Shown: piece after piece, positions 43,883-53,918 of the stretch
Numbering within the stretch: position 1 is the first letter of the stretch
Layout: each line of letters opens with the position of its first letter
Assembly: GCA_963748815.1 (NCBI GenBank)
Contig: CAVVKJ010000006.1
Span: 32,001 to 96,000, forward strand
DNA length: 64,000 nucleotides
Reading direction: 5' to 3'
Origin: an uncultured Gemmatimonadales bacterium
GTDB lineage: Bacteria > Gemmatimonadota > Gemmatimonadetes > Gemmatimonadales > GWC2-71-9
Made by a program: the position numbers and the translations under genes
The notes under the pieces: generated by a model
What the model was told of the DNA's origin: nothing
The model's database searches: none
Seen by the model: only the letters and a program-made list of their open reading frames with translations

Positions 43883-44778
43883 GGCGCCTCCGGCACCATC
43901 ACACGGATCGCACCGGGGACCACCGTGGCCGTGAACGGCGTCATCCCGCCGAGGTCGCCGTCCAGTTCCACCGGCACGGAGGCGTCGGTCTCGACGTGAA
44001 TTTCCCGGCCGCGCACATGCCCGATGCGCGAGCCCGGACCTTCGGCGCGCCGCAGGAAATGCCAGATCGCCTGGACGCCGTCGGCCAGCCCGTCGGCGCG
44101 CAACACCACCACGTCGAGCAGCCCGTCGTCCGGCCGGACCCCGTCGCCGAACCGGAGAATCGGCGGCAGGACTTCGGCGCAGTTGGCCACCAGCACGACG
44201 GCCGCGTTCGCTTCGTACTCGACCCCGTCCACCCGGATGTGGTAGAGGCGACTTCGCATCTCGTTGATGAGGCGAAGCGACGTGGCGATGTAGGCGCCCA
44301 CCCCCCAGCGCTGCTTCAGCACGCTCGAGGTTTCGGCCATGATCTGCGCGTCGAACCCCGCCCCGCAGGCCACCGCGAAATAGTGCGGCACCCCCGTGGC
44401 GTCGTCGAGCCGGCCGAGGTCGAGCCGCCGTGACACGCCGCGCACCAGGATCTCGGCGGCGCGCGCCGGCGTGAACGGAATCCGGAGGTTGCCCGCCAGG
44501 AGGTTGCCCGTCCCGCCAGGGATGAGCGCAAGCGCGACATCGGTCCCCACCAGGGCGGAGGCCGCCTGCATCGTGGTTCCGTCGCCGCCGAACACGGCGA
44601 CGGCATCCATCCCCGCCGCCACGGCTTCCGTCGCCAGGCGGCGGGCGTCGCCGGTGCCCCCCGTCGCCACCACTTCCGCCTGCCATCCACCGTGGCGCAG
44701 CACGTCGCGGACCTCCCGGACCGTCTTCGGCTTGGTCCGCGCGGCGGCGGGATTGGTGATGACCAGGGCGCGTGGCAC
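43879..44778 (-). CDS. Diacylglycerol/lipid kinase family protein (YegS/DgkB-like)
   Basis: NPAA, GGDGT, PGGTGN, GFDA, DDGLLD, LDGD. Confidence 0.92.
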   Translation of the reverse strand: MPRALVITNPAAARTKPKTVREVRDVLRHGGWQAEVVATGGTGDARRLATEAVAAGMDAVAVFGGDGTTMQAASALVGTDVALALIPGGTGNLLAGNLRIPFTPARAAEILVRGVSRRLDLGRLDDATGVPHYFAVACGAGFDAQIMAETSSVLKQRWGVGAYIATSLRLINEMRSRLYHIRVDGVEYEANAAVVLVANCAEVLPPILRFGDGVRPDDGLLDVVVLRADGLADGVQAIWHFLRRAEGPGSRIGHVRGREIHVETDASVPVELDGDLGGMTPFTATVVPGAIRVMVPEAP

Positions 44779-44779
44779 G

Positions 44780-47700
44780 CTAGAACTCCTGCTCCCAGAG
44801 GACGTCGAGACCGGCCTGGTACCGGTCGTTGGTGGTCAGGGGCGCCGTCTGCTGGTCGGCGGTGCACGACGCAGACGGTTCGAAGCTCGCGAGGAAGCGG
44901 AATCCCCGCGCGAAGCGATACTCGAAACTCGCCCCGATGTTCTTGTAGCTGGTGGCGCCGCCGGTGGTGCAGATGCCGGCGCTGAAGGTGAGGAACGTCT
45001 TGCGGCCGATCTGCCACCCAGCCGCGAGCTGCGTGGCGGTGGAGGAACCGTACGCCCCACCGGCGGTTCCCGGCCGCAGTTCAATGTAGTCCACCGGCAC
45101 CCGTAGGTCGGTCACCAGCGTACGCTGCAGCTCGCTGGTGACGGCGCTCGACAGGTAGGCCAGCCCGAGGTTGAGCGCCTGCTGCTGGTCCCCGGGGGCG
45201 CCGCCGGTGGTCTGCAGCGTGGAGGCGGGCCGCCGGAACATCAGGTACGACACCAGGTTCGTCTCGGAAATCGGCGGCAGGATGGTGGAGGTCAGCGCCA
45301 GCTTCGGCTCCAGCAGAGTGCCGGTGATGTTGGCGATGACCGGCACGTCCTGACTGCCGTCGAGCGGACGCACCGTGTGCTCGGCGGTGATGTCGAGGTC
45401 GGCGTTCAGGTCTGGGGTGCCCAGGAACCGGACCTGTCCCTTCTGCACCTGGAAGTCCCGCCGCACCGGTCCGATCACCAGCGTGTAGTTCCCCCGGAGG
45501 GCGTCCATCCGCCCGTCCACCCGGTAGTCCCGCCGCAGCTTGTCCACCCGCACCTCACCGCCGAGCTGGATGTTCGCCTCGTTGGACCGGAGCCAGAAGG
45601 CGTCGCCCACCCGGATCGTGAGGTTGTCCACCCGGAGCGAGTCGACGAACCGATTGCGGGTCGTGTACCCGCGCTGGAGCATCCGCTGAAAGCGCTGGTC
45701 GAGGAGGTCGCGGAACTCCGGGTCGTCCAGGTCAACCACATCCTTGGTGACGAGATCGGCAAAGTAGAGCGCCCCGCGATTCGCGGTCATCGAGCCGGTG
45801 AGCGTCGGCGAGTTGAAGGGACCGGTGAGCCGCATCCGGCCGCTGACGTCCAGCGTGAGGAAGCCGCGAACTTCGCTGGCGAGGAAGTCGGCGGCCACCA
45901 GGCGAAGGTTGAGCACCGGGTTGGTGAGGGGGCTGAACCGGATGCTCCCGTTGGTACGCAGGGAGCCGCCGGCCGGCGCGCTGCGCAGGAGCAGCGAGTC
46001 GAGCGCCAGCGAATCGCCCATGAACCGGGCGTGCCCCACGATGCTCGAATACCGCACGCCGAGGCCCGGCACCGACCCACTGCCGTCGCGGATATCCATG
46101 AACCCCTCGAGGCGGGGAGCCTCCCAGCTTCCCGCCACCCGGACGTCGGCGCTCATGACCCCCGACATCCGGCGCACGCGGGAGGTGAACGCCTCGAGGG
46201 TTCCGAGGTCGAGGCTGTCCGCCCGTGCCCGGATCATCAGCGGCCCCTCGATCTGGCGCGTCGGCACCGCGGCCAGCGCCAGGTCGAGGGGAAGCGCCAC
46301 CTCGATGCCGAGAATCCGCTGGCCGGTCTTCCAGATCGAGAGGTTGCCTTCGAGCAGCCGGTCTTCGTAGTGCAGGATGCCCTGGATGAACGGCGAGCGG
46401 AAGTCGCCGAAGACCGCGTCTCCGAGGGAGGCGGTCCCCTCGATGACCGGTGACATGCGCGTCCCGCCGATCTCGAGGTCGGCGCCGATGAATCCCGACA
46501 CCCCACTCGTGTCCCCGCGGAAGAGCCCCGAGACGTCGCGCAGGTCGAGCCCGTACGCGTCGACCCGGAGGCGGCCGGGGCGCGTGCCTGGCAGGGTGCC
46601 GGACATGTTGATCGCCCCGGACCCATCCACCGTTTCGAGCCGGACCGGCGAGAGCACGGTTCCGGAGTCGGTGGTCACGGTGCTTGCCGGTGCCAGGAGC
46701 CTCCAGAGGTGACCGCTCAGCGCCATCGACAGCGAGTCGACTGTCGTCGTCTGCGTCCCGGCGTGCGCGGTATAGCGGCCGCTGGCGCCAAGGGCCGCGC
46801 CCTCGCCGCCCTCGAATGACCCGGACCAGGTCAGCGAATCGGTCCAGCCGAGCGCCCCGATCCGGACGTTGCTGGCCACCACCCGGCCAAAGGCGATCGT
46901 GTCGGCGAGCATCGCCAGGCTCAGCTGCGGGCGGGATCCACCCATCCAGCCGAACGTGGCGGAAAGCGAGTTCAGCCGACCACCGCGGAAGGTGAGCTGA
47001 CTCGCGTCCGCAAACCCCGCCGCCACCAGCGAGTCGAGCGAGCCAGAGAGGGAAAAGTCGAGCCGTCCCCGCCCCGCGAGCGCCGCCTCGGCGGAATCGG
47101 GACCCAGCCCGAGCCGTGCCACGAGCAGGGAGTCGAGTCCGCGCAGGCTGTCGAACTGCGCGGTGAGCTCCAACTGTCCTTCGTACGGCGAGGCCCAGCC
47201 GAGCGTCCCCGTCGTGCCGAGCCGCCCGCCGCGCCAGTCGACGCCCAGGGTATCGATCACCATGATGCTGTCACGCACCGTGATGCGCGCGACCGCCGTG
47301 TCGAGCCGGAAGGCGTCCAGGCGCCCGGGCCCCATCGTCCCGGCGATCGACCCTTCCGGCGCCCGCAGTGTGTCGATGGACCCGATGATGAGGACCTCGC
47401 CGTTCAGGTCCGAGGTCGGGCCGCCGCCGCGGAGCGCCCGAAGATCGAGGTGTTGAAAGTCGATCTGCAGCGAGTCACCGCCCCAGCGCGGCGGCACCAC
47501 GATGGCCGGTCCGCGCACCCGCAGCACCCCGATCTCGCCGTGAACGTCGGCGTCCAGGTCCATGCGCTCCATCGTGCCCGCCAGGCGCACCCGGCCGGTG
47601 AGCGACCCCAGGCTCGGCAGGGTGGGATACCCCGCGCGGATGCCCTCGAACGAGAGCGAGTCGAGTTGGAGGTCGCCGTCGAAGGCCGTGACGAGGCGCC

Positions 47701-49198
47701 GGGTATCCAGGCGCACCCAGCCATCGACGAGGCTCAGGGGTCGAGCGCCGTCGCGGTGCCGCATCGCTCCGGTAAACAGGACGTTTCTCCACGGCCCCTC
47801 GAGGGTGCCGGCCAGGCTGGCGCGCCCCTGCAGCGTGACGGTCGGTGTCAGCAGCTGGACGGTTCGGAGGTCGACATCGGAGGACGCCAGCGCAAATTGC
47901 CGGAAGGTCAGCCCGTCGGCGTTCCCCGTCAGAATCCGGCCCTCCCCCGCGAAGCTGCTGGTCGCGCCGCCGGGCACCCCGATGTCGGTGACCCGGACGT
48001 CCAGCGCGAGCTGCAGGTTGGACAGGAGCCCGCTGCCCGCGACCCGCCCCGTGAGGCTGCCGCGAAGGGGGAGGGTGTCGAGGTACGGTCGCGCCGCCTC
48101 CAGGTCGAGGCGCTCGATCGCGAGGTCCATTCCCCGGACCCCCAGCCCGCGGCGCACGTCGGTGAGCACCACGACCCGGCCGTCGATCCGGGTCGTGTCG
48201 TTCTCGAGATGCAACTCCTGAAGGTCGAAACTGGCGCGGTCGGCGTCCTGCGATTTTCCGACGACCACCACCCGGCCGTGCAACGCGGGAAAATCGGGGG
48301 ACACCCAGCGCAGGTCCACCAGGTCGAGTTCGCTGAACCGCATGCCGAAGTCGAGGAGCAGGGGTCCATCGGGAAACGTCACGACGCCGGCGCCCTGGAA
48401 CCGGGACCCCGGCATGGCCCCACGCGTGATCTCGAAGATGAGACTGTCCTGGTGGATCCGGGCCCGGCCGCGGGCCTGCTGCACCCGCACCCCCGGATCG
48501 CTGACCCGCACCCCGAGGGTGTCGATGACGAGGGAGAGCGGGTCGCGGTTCGGCGTGCTGATCGTGAGGCGGTCGAGCCCGAGGTCGAGGCTGTCGAAGC
48601 GCCGGACGATATCCAGCCCTTCGGCGCCCTCGGTGATGACCCGCCCGGGGAGTGCGCGCTCCGCCGCGAGTGCTGAATCCCGCGCCCCGGGCCGGACGCG
48701 CGCCGGCGGGCTCCAGGGGAGGCGCAGGGTCAGCGTGCCGCCGTGAATCTCGAGGTTGTGGATCTCGATGAGCGGCGGCCGCCCACCGGTGCCGGTCCCC
48801 TCGCCCAGATGCAGCACCTCCTCGTAATTCATCCGGCCGTTGCGATGCCGAACCAGGTCGATCACGGGCGATTCGGCGCGAACAGCCGCTAAGTCAAACC
48901 GGCCGGCCAGGAGATTCGGGAGGTGGTAGCGGACGTCGAGCCTGGGGAAGTCGGCCACCACCGCGCCGCTGCTGTCCCTCAGCACCACGCCGGTCAGCGA
49001 GAGCCGGGTCAGGAAGTTCCCCGACACCTCCCCGATGGTCAGGTGCCCGCGAAACACCCGATCGGAGAGGGTCGTGACGGTGCGCGCCAGGAGCAGACGG
49101 CCGGGAGGGGCCACGGTCAGCGCGGCGAGCAGGCCCACGACCAGCGCGACCGTGCCGAAGCCGGACACAAAGACGATATGCGCGAGGCGGCGGCGCAT
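44780..49198 (-). CDS. tamB: Translocation and assembly module TamB-like protein
   Basis: 1472 aa, N-terminal membrane anchor, long Gly-rich beta-strand repeats, DUF490-like C-terminus; directly after an Omp85 gene. Confidence 0.85.
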   Translation of the reverse strand: MRRRLAHIVFVSGFGTVALVVGLLAALTVAPPGRLLLARTVTTLSDRVFRGHLTIGEVSGNFLTRLSLTGVVLRDSSGAVVADFPRLDVRYHLPNLLAGRFDLAAVRAESPVIDLVRHRNGRMNYEEVLHLGEGTGTGGRPPLIEIHNLEIHGGTLTLRLPWSPPARVRPGARDSALAAERALPGRVITEGAEGLDIVRRFDSLDLGLDRLTISTPNRDPLSLVIDTLGVRVSDPGVRVQQARGRARIHQDSLIFEITRGAMPGSRFQGAGVVTFPDGPLLLDFGMRFSELDLVDLRWVSPDFPALHGRVVVVGKSQDADRASFDLQELHLENDTTRIDGRVVVLTDVRRGLGVRGMDLAIERLDLEAARPYLDTLPLRGSLTGRVAGSGLLSNLQLALDVRVTDIGVPGGATSSFAGEGRILTGNADGLTFRQFALASSDVDLRTVQLLTPTVTLQGRASLAGTLEGPWRNVLFTGAMRHRDGARPLSLVDGWVRLDTRRLVTAFDGDLQLDSLSFEGIRAGYPTLPSLGSLTGRVRLAGTMERMDLDADVHGEIGVLRVRGPAIVVPPRWGGDSLQIDFQHLDLRALRGGGPTSDLNGEVLIIGSIDTLRAPEGSIAGTMGPGRLDAFRLDTAVARITVRDSIMVIDTLGVDWRGGRLGTTGTLGWASPYEGQLELTAQFDSLRGLDSLLVARLGLGPDSAEAALAGRGRLDFSLSGSLDSLVAAGFADASQLTFRGGRLNSLSATFGWMGGSRPQLSLAMLADTIAFGRVVASNVRIGALGWTDSLTWSGSFEGGEGAALGASGRYTAHAGTQTTTVDSLSMALSGHLWRLLAPASTVTTDSGTVLSPVRLETVDGSGAINMSGTLPGTRPGRLRVDAYGLDLRDVSGLFRGDTSGVSGFIGADLEIGGTRMSPVIEGTASLGDAVFGDFRSPFIQGILHYEDRLLEGNLSIWKTGQRILGIEVALPLDLALAAVPTRQIEGPLMIRARADSLDLGTLEAFTSRVRRMSGVMSADVRVAGSWEAPRLEGFMDIRDGSGSVPGLGVRYSSIVGHARFMGDSLALDSLLLRSAPAGGSLRTNGSIRFSPLTNPVLNLRLVAADFLASEVRGFLTLDVSGRMRLTGPFNSPTLTGSMTANRGALYFADLVTKDVVDLDDPEFRDLLDQRFQRMLQRGYTTRNRFVDSLRVDNLTIRVGDAFWLRSNEANIQLGGEVRVDKLRRDYRVDGRMDALRGNYTLVIGPVRRDFQVQKGQVRFLGTPDLNADLDITAEHTVRPLDGSQDVPVIANITGTLLEPKLALTSTILPPISETNLVSYLMFRRPASTLQTTGGAPGDQQQALNLGLAYLSSAVTSELQRTLVTDLRVPVDYIELRPGTAGGAYGSSTATQLAAGWQIGRKTFLTFSAGICTTGGATSYKNIGASFEYRFARGFRFLASFEPSASCTADQQTAPLTTNDRYQAGLDVLWEQEF

Positions 49199-51312
49199 CA
49201 GAACGGCTGCCCGACGGCGAAGTGAAAGACGAAGCGGTCGGGGTCCCCGCTGGGGGTGTAGCTCTCGCGAATCCGGTAGACGGCGTCGTTCTGGCTGAGG
49301 TAGAGGGCGCCCGGCTGCTGCGCATAGCCGTTGTAACCGACGTCGAGCCGGACCGGGCCGAGCGGGGTGACGAGACGGAGGCCGACGCCGGGCGTGACCC
49401 GCACTTCCGGGGTGTTCTGGTAGCGGTCCCAGAGCACGCCGGCATCGACGAACGCCACCACCCGGAAGACCCGGCCCCAGATGGGCGACGGCAGCCGGAG
49501 TTCCACGTTCCCCACCCCGAGCATGTTCCCGCCGATCGGCGAATATCGGACCGCGCCATCGGGAATCGCCATGCTGCCGGGGTCGGTCGTGTCCACGACG
49601 ACCGTGTCGTTGTCGATCAGGTAGTTGATGGGTCCGAGGCCGTTGAGCTGATACCCGCGGACATCGTTCGGCCCGCCGGCGTAGAACCGGTTGGCCGGCG
49701 GGATGTAGTTCGTCGCCTCGACGCTGCTGAACGAGGTGAGCGGCGCCCACATCGCGCCGGCGCGCAGTCGGAAGCTCAGGACCGTCTCGCGGGAGAGCGT
49801 CCGGTACCAGGCCCGGTCGGCGACCAGCTGGATGAACTGCTGCGTCTCGCTGGATCCGAGGATTTGGGCACTGACGGTGCCCTGCAGCGTGGTGCGGTGG
49901 CCGCGCGTCGGATTGAGGGGATTGTTCACCGAGGGGAAGGTCGCCGAGGCACCGAGCGCCCCCAGCCCCTGGTCGGCGCTCAGCCGCGCAATGTCCTCGG
50001 AACTGCAGACCAGGAGGGAGACGCAGAAGCTCGCCGGGCTCGCCTGCGTGCTCCCGTAGGTATAGGCGTAGGTAAGCGCGAGCTTGGCCTGGCGCAGCGT
50101 CTCGCGATTGAGGCTGAGTCCCGCGCCGATTTCCTGCCGCAGGTACACGAGATAGTCGGAACGCCGGTCGGCGAACACCGTGGTGGTGAGCGTGTTGTGG
50201 GGCGAGAGAAACGCCGGGCGGCGGAGCGAGACGGCCAGGCTGTAGTTGACTTCGCTCGAGCCGAGGGTGTCAGGCTTCAACTGGGAACAGAGGAAGCCGT
50301 CCTCCATCCCCCACGCCGTCGGCGCGCCGACGCCGATCTTCGAGAGCCGGCCGCTGATATCCAGCACCCGGCCCCCACCCGCAAAGTTCCGAAAGGTGAT
50401 GCCCGCGCCGACGCGGAGGCAGTCCTCCGTCGCGTAGCCGACACTTCCACGGGCGCGCCGAGGCTTGCTCTCGGCCACCCGCACGGTCAGGGGCACGGCG
50501 TCTGCGGCCGGATCGTAGGTGGCGCTGTCGATGCCGACCGCGGCGAAGCTGAACAGCTCGGAGCGGTAAAGATTGCGCTGGCTCCGGTACAGGTCTTCCT
50601 GCGAGAACAACTGGCCGGGCCGGGCCGACATCAGCGAACGCACCACGTCGGGGGAGATGCGCTTGGTCCCGGTGACCGTCAGCTCGCTCACGTGAGAGAG
50701 CGGCCCCGTCTGGAGGTCGATGGCCGCGTTCGCACTCAAGTCGGTCTTGTCGCGCTCGAAGCTCTGGAACGCGATCGCGTCGGGATAGCCGATATTGCGG
50801 AGACGACGGACGAGGGTGTCGGACGTCGCGTCCAGCTGGATTCGGCTGAAGGGATCGCCCACGCGCAGCGGCAGGTCCCGGGTCACCAGCGCCGGCTTCG
50901 CCACGGAGTCGAGACCGAGCACCTGGAGCGAATCGAGGATGACCGGCGGCCCCTCGTCGATCACGAAGGTGATGTAGATGTCCTTGTCCGTGCGCCGCAC
51001 GGTGGTGTCCACCGCGACGTTCATGTAGCCGCTCTTCCGATAGAGCAGCGTGACACGAAGCACGTCCCGCTCGAACTCCAGCTGGTCGAACGGCCGCTTG
51101 TCCCCGAGGCCAACCCAGCGGACGAGGCCGGAGCGCGCGAACCAGGACGAGTTGGTCGTGGAGATGGCCGCGGAGAGCTGGACCGCGTCCAGCGCGCGGT
51201 TGCCCTTGAAGGACAACCCGCGCACGATCAGCGGCTCGTCTTGCGCGTGAAGCGGCGCAACGGTCAGCAGCGTGGCAAGCACCGCGAGGAGCGCGCCCCG
51301 CGGCACGCTCAC
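49198..51312 (-). CDS. Omp85-family outer membrane protein (TamA/BamA-like)
   Basis: Signal peptide, POTRA repeats, RFYAGGPNDVRGY, TPLGPVRLDVG, terminal GQPF. Confidence 0.92.
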   Translation of the reverse strand: MSVPRGALLAVLATLLTVAPLHAQDEPLIVRGLSFKGNRALDAVQLSAAISTTNSSWFARSGLVRWVGLGDKRPFDQLEFERDVLRVTLLYRKSGYMNVAVDTTVRRTDKDIYITFVIDEGPPVILDSLQVLGLDSVAKPALVTRDLPLRVGDPFSRIQLDATSDTLVRRLRNIGYPDAIAFQSFERDKTDLSANAAIDLQTGPLSHVSELTVTGTKRISPDVVRSLMSARPGQLFSQEDLYRSQRNLYRSELFSFAAVGIDSATYDPAADAVPLTVRVAESKPRRARGSVGYATEDCLRVGAGITFRNFAGGGRVLDISGRLSKIGVGAPTAWGMEDGFLCSQLKPDTLGSSEVNYSLAVSLRRPAFLSPHNTLTTTVFADRRSDYLVYLRQEIGAGLSLNRETLRQAKLALTYAYTYGSTQASPASFCVSLLVCSSEDIARLSADQGLGALGASATFPSVNNPLNPTRGHRTTLQGTVSAQILGSSETQQFIQLVADRAWYRTLSRETVLSFRLRAGAMWAPLTSFSSVEATNYIPPANRFYAGGPNDVRGYQLNGLGPINYLIDNDTVVVDTTDPGSMAIPDGAVRYSPIGGNMLGVGNVELRLPSPIWGRVFRVVAFVDAGVLWDRYQNTPEVRVTPGVGLRLVTPLGPVRLDVGYNGYAQQPGALYLSQNDAVYRIRESYTPSGDPDRFVFHFAVGQPF

Positions 51313-51467
51313 GCGGCGGCCCCCTCGGAGGCGGGGGCGCTCGTGATTGACGGCATGCTGTAAGATGCCTAGTTTCTTCACCTTACGCCACAGCGGCGGG
51401 GCCTTGGACTCCCCCCTCCTCCCGGTGCGCGGACCACCCCTCTCGAACCCGGCCTGGCCACCTGCCA

Positions 51468-53001
51468 ATGACGCGCCTCCTGCTCGCCGCCGTGCTCGTC
51501 CTGACCGCCTGCGGCGGCGAGGGGGGACCCCGTTCGATCACCTACTACTTCACCGCCGATCCGCGCTCGCTGGACCCCGCCTTCTCGACCGACGTGCCGA
51601 GCGGCGAGATGCTGGCGATGCTCTTCGACAACGTGACCCAGTTCGACGCCGCGGGGCGGCTGGTGCCCGGTCTCGCGACGCGCTGGGAGGCGGACACGGG
51701 CGGCGCCGTGTACACCTTTCACCTGCGCACCGACGCCGCCTTTCATGACGGGCGCCCGATCACCGCCCAGACCGTCCAGGCATCGTTCCGGCGCGTCCTC
51801 TCCCTCGCGTCGAAGGGGTCGAGAACCTGGACGCTGACGCCGATCCGGGGCGCGGCGGCCTTCGCGTCGGGCGCCGCCACCGACATCGAGGGGATCGCGG
51901 TGCCGGACGACTCCACGCTCGTCATCACGCTCGAAGAACCGCTGAACGTCTTTCCCAAGCTGCTCGCCATGCCCGCCTCGGCAATCGTCCCCGAGTCGAT
52001 CGGCCCCGACTTCAGCGAGCGGCCGATCGGGAGCGGGCCGTGGCGGTTCGTGGAGTGGTCGCACGACGACGCCCTGCTCCTCGCGGCCAACGAGGCGTAC
52101 TGGGGCGGACGCCCGCGCTCCGACACCCTGCGGGTCCGGATCATCCCTGAACCGCTCACGCAGGCGGCCGAGTTCGAGTTCGGACAGCTCGCCGTGGTGG
52201 AAGTGCCGTTCAGCGAGACCCCCCGCTGGGAGGCGGAACACGCCCAGGAGCTGCAGCGCCGCCCCGCCCTGCGGGCGCTCTACGTGGCCATCAACACGCA
52301 GCGCGGGCCACTCCAGGATGTCCGGGTGCGGCGCGCCCTCAACCTCGGCGTCGACGCCGGCACGATGCTCAGGACCATCATGGCAGGGCGCGGCGTGCGC
52401 GCCGCCGGCGCCATCCCGCCCGGACTCGAAGGGTATGACAGCACCCGCGCCCCGTATGCCTACGATCCCGCCGCCGCGCGGGCGCTCCTGGCCGACGCGG
52501 GCTACCCCGACGGACTCACCCTGAAGCTCTGGCGGACCCAGCGGTCCGAGCTGGCGCGCATCGCGCAGGCCATCCAGCAGAGCCTCGCGCAGGCGGGGGT
52601 GACCATCGAGATCGTCGAGCGCGACGCCTCCAGCGCCCGCGCCGCCTCCTCCAAGGGCGAGGCCGACCTCTTCCTCACCGACTGGTACGCCGACTATCCC
52701 GACCCCGAGAGCTTCAACTATCCGACCTTCTATTCGAAGAACGCCGGCGAGCGGCGGCAATCGCGCCTTCTTCGCCGACCCCTCCATCGACCGCATGATC
52801 CTGCGGGCCCGCGGCACACCCGACCTGGCCCTGAAGGACAGCCTGAGTCGCGTGATCGACCAGCGCATCTTCGAGGCGGCGCCCTGGATCTTCCTCTGGT
52901 TCCCGGTGGACCTCTGGGCGGAGCGCGCCGACGTGACCGGGTGGGAGATTCCCGCGATCTTCAACGGGCAGCGCTGGCGCACCGTGGAGCGGCGCCCGTG
53001 A
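51468..53001 (+). CDS. Peptide ABC transporter substrate-binding lipoprotein (family 5), +1 frameshift at ~52749
   Basis: Lipobox LTAC, SLDP, PGLATRW, YTFHLR, FHDG, PIGSGPW, DVRVRRAL, WYADYPDP. The C-terminus continues in the frame of ORF 52795..53001. Confidence 0.9.
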
Positions 53002-53918
53002 CCCGCTTCCTCGTCTGGCGCCTCCTGGTCGTCCTGCCGACGCTCTTCGGCGTGCTGGTGGTGGCCTTCCTCCTGCTGCACGTCGCCCCGGGCGACCCGG
53101 TCCAGGCGATGGTCGGCGAACGCGCCGACTCCGCCACGATGGTCCGCCTCCGCGCCGAACTGCACCTCGACGAGCCGCTCCCGAAGCGGTTTGTCCTGTA
53201 CACCGCGGGCATCCTCCGGGGCGACCTCGGCAAGAGCTACATCACGGGCCGACCGATCCTCGGCGAATTGCTGCACCGCTTTCCCTACACGCTGCGGCTG
53301 GCGCTCGCCGCCATGCTCTTTGCCGTCAGCACCGGGCTGGTCGTCGGCATCTTCGGCGCCTGGCGCCCCGGCAGCTGGTTCGACCGGGTCATGACCCTCG
53401 GCGCCTACCTCGGCGTGTCGTTTCCGGTCTACTGGGTGGGCCTCCTGCTCATCCTGATCTTCGCCGTGCAGCTCCACTGGCTGCCCCCGTCCGGCTCGGG
53501 GGGGCTCGCCTTTCTCGTCCTCCCCGCCCTCACGCTGGGGATGCGGTCGGTGGCGGTCATCGCCCGGATGACGCGCGCCGCCATGCAGGAGGTCCTGCAG
53601 GCCGACTACATCCGGTCGGCGCGCGCCATCGGCCTCGGCGAGGGCCGCGTGGTCCTCCGCCACGGCCTGCGCAACGCCCTCCTCCCGGTCATCACGGTGA
53701 TCGGCCTCGATTTCGGCAGCTACTTGACGGGCTCCATCCTGACGGAGACCATCTTCTCGTGGCCGGGCGTCGGTCGGTACGTCCTCACCGCCATCAGCAA
53801 GCGGGACTTGCCCGCCGTGCAGGGAAGCATCCTCTTTCTCAGTGTCGTCTTCGTCCTCGTCAACCTCATCACCGATCTCGTCTATGCCAAAGCCGACCCC
53901 CGGGTCTCGTATGACTGA
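52998..53918 (+). CDS. Peptide ABC transporter permease, DppB/OppB type
   Basis: APGDP, GDLGKSY, DYIRSARAIGL, HGLRNA, TETIFSWPGVG; GTGA overlap. Confidence 0.93.
   Translation: MTRFLVWRLLVVLPTLFGVLVVAFLLLHVAPGDPVQAMVGERADSATMVRLRAELHLDEPLPKRFVLYTAGILRGDLGKSYITGRPILGELLHRFPYTLRLALAAMLFAVSTGLVVGIFGAWRPGSWFDRVMTLGAYLGVSFPVYWVGLLLILIFAVQLHWLPPSGSGGLAFLVLPALTLGMRSVAVIARMTRAAMQEVLQADYIRSARAIGLGEGRVVLRHGLRNALLPVITVIGLDFGSYLTGSILTETIFSWPGVGRYVLTAISKRDLPAVQGSILFLSVVFVLVNLITDLVYAKADPRVSYD

Noticed and set aside
40616..49750. N-terminally extended kinase (1356 aa) and TamB (1656 aa) ORFs
   Set aside because: The extensions overlap the real upstream genes in another frame. Starts at 43882 and 49198 give stop/start overlaps.
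51340..51370. Possible sigma54 promoter between the Omp85 and ABC genes
   Set aside because: The GG-to-GC spacing is not the required N10 on either strand.
51468..53918. 816-aa binding protein-permease fusion in the ORF track
   Set aside because: Caused by a +1 frameshift at ~52749. The true binding-protein C-terminus is in another frame and ends in a GTGA overlap with the permease start.
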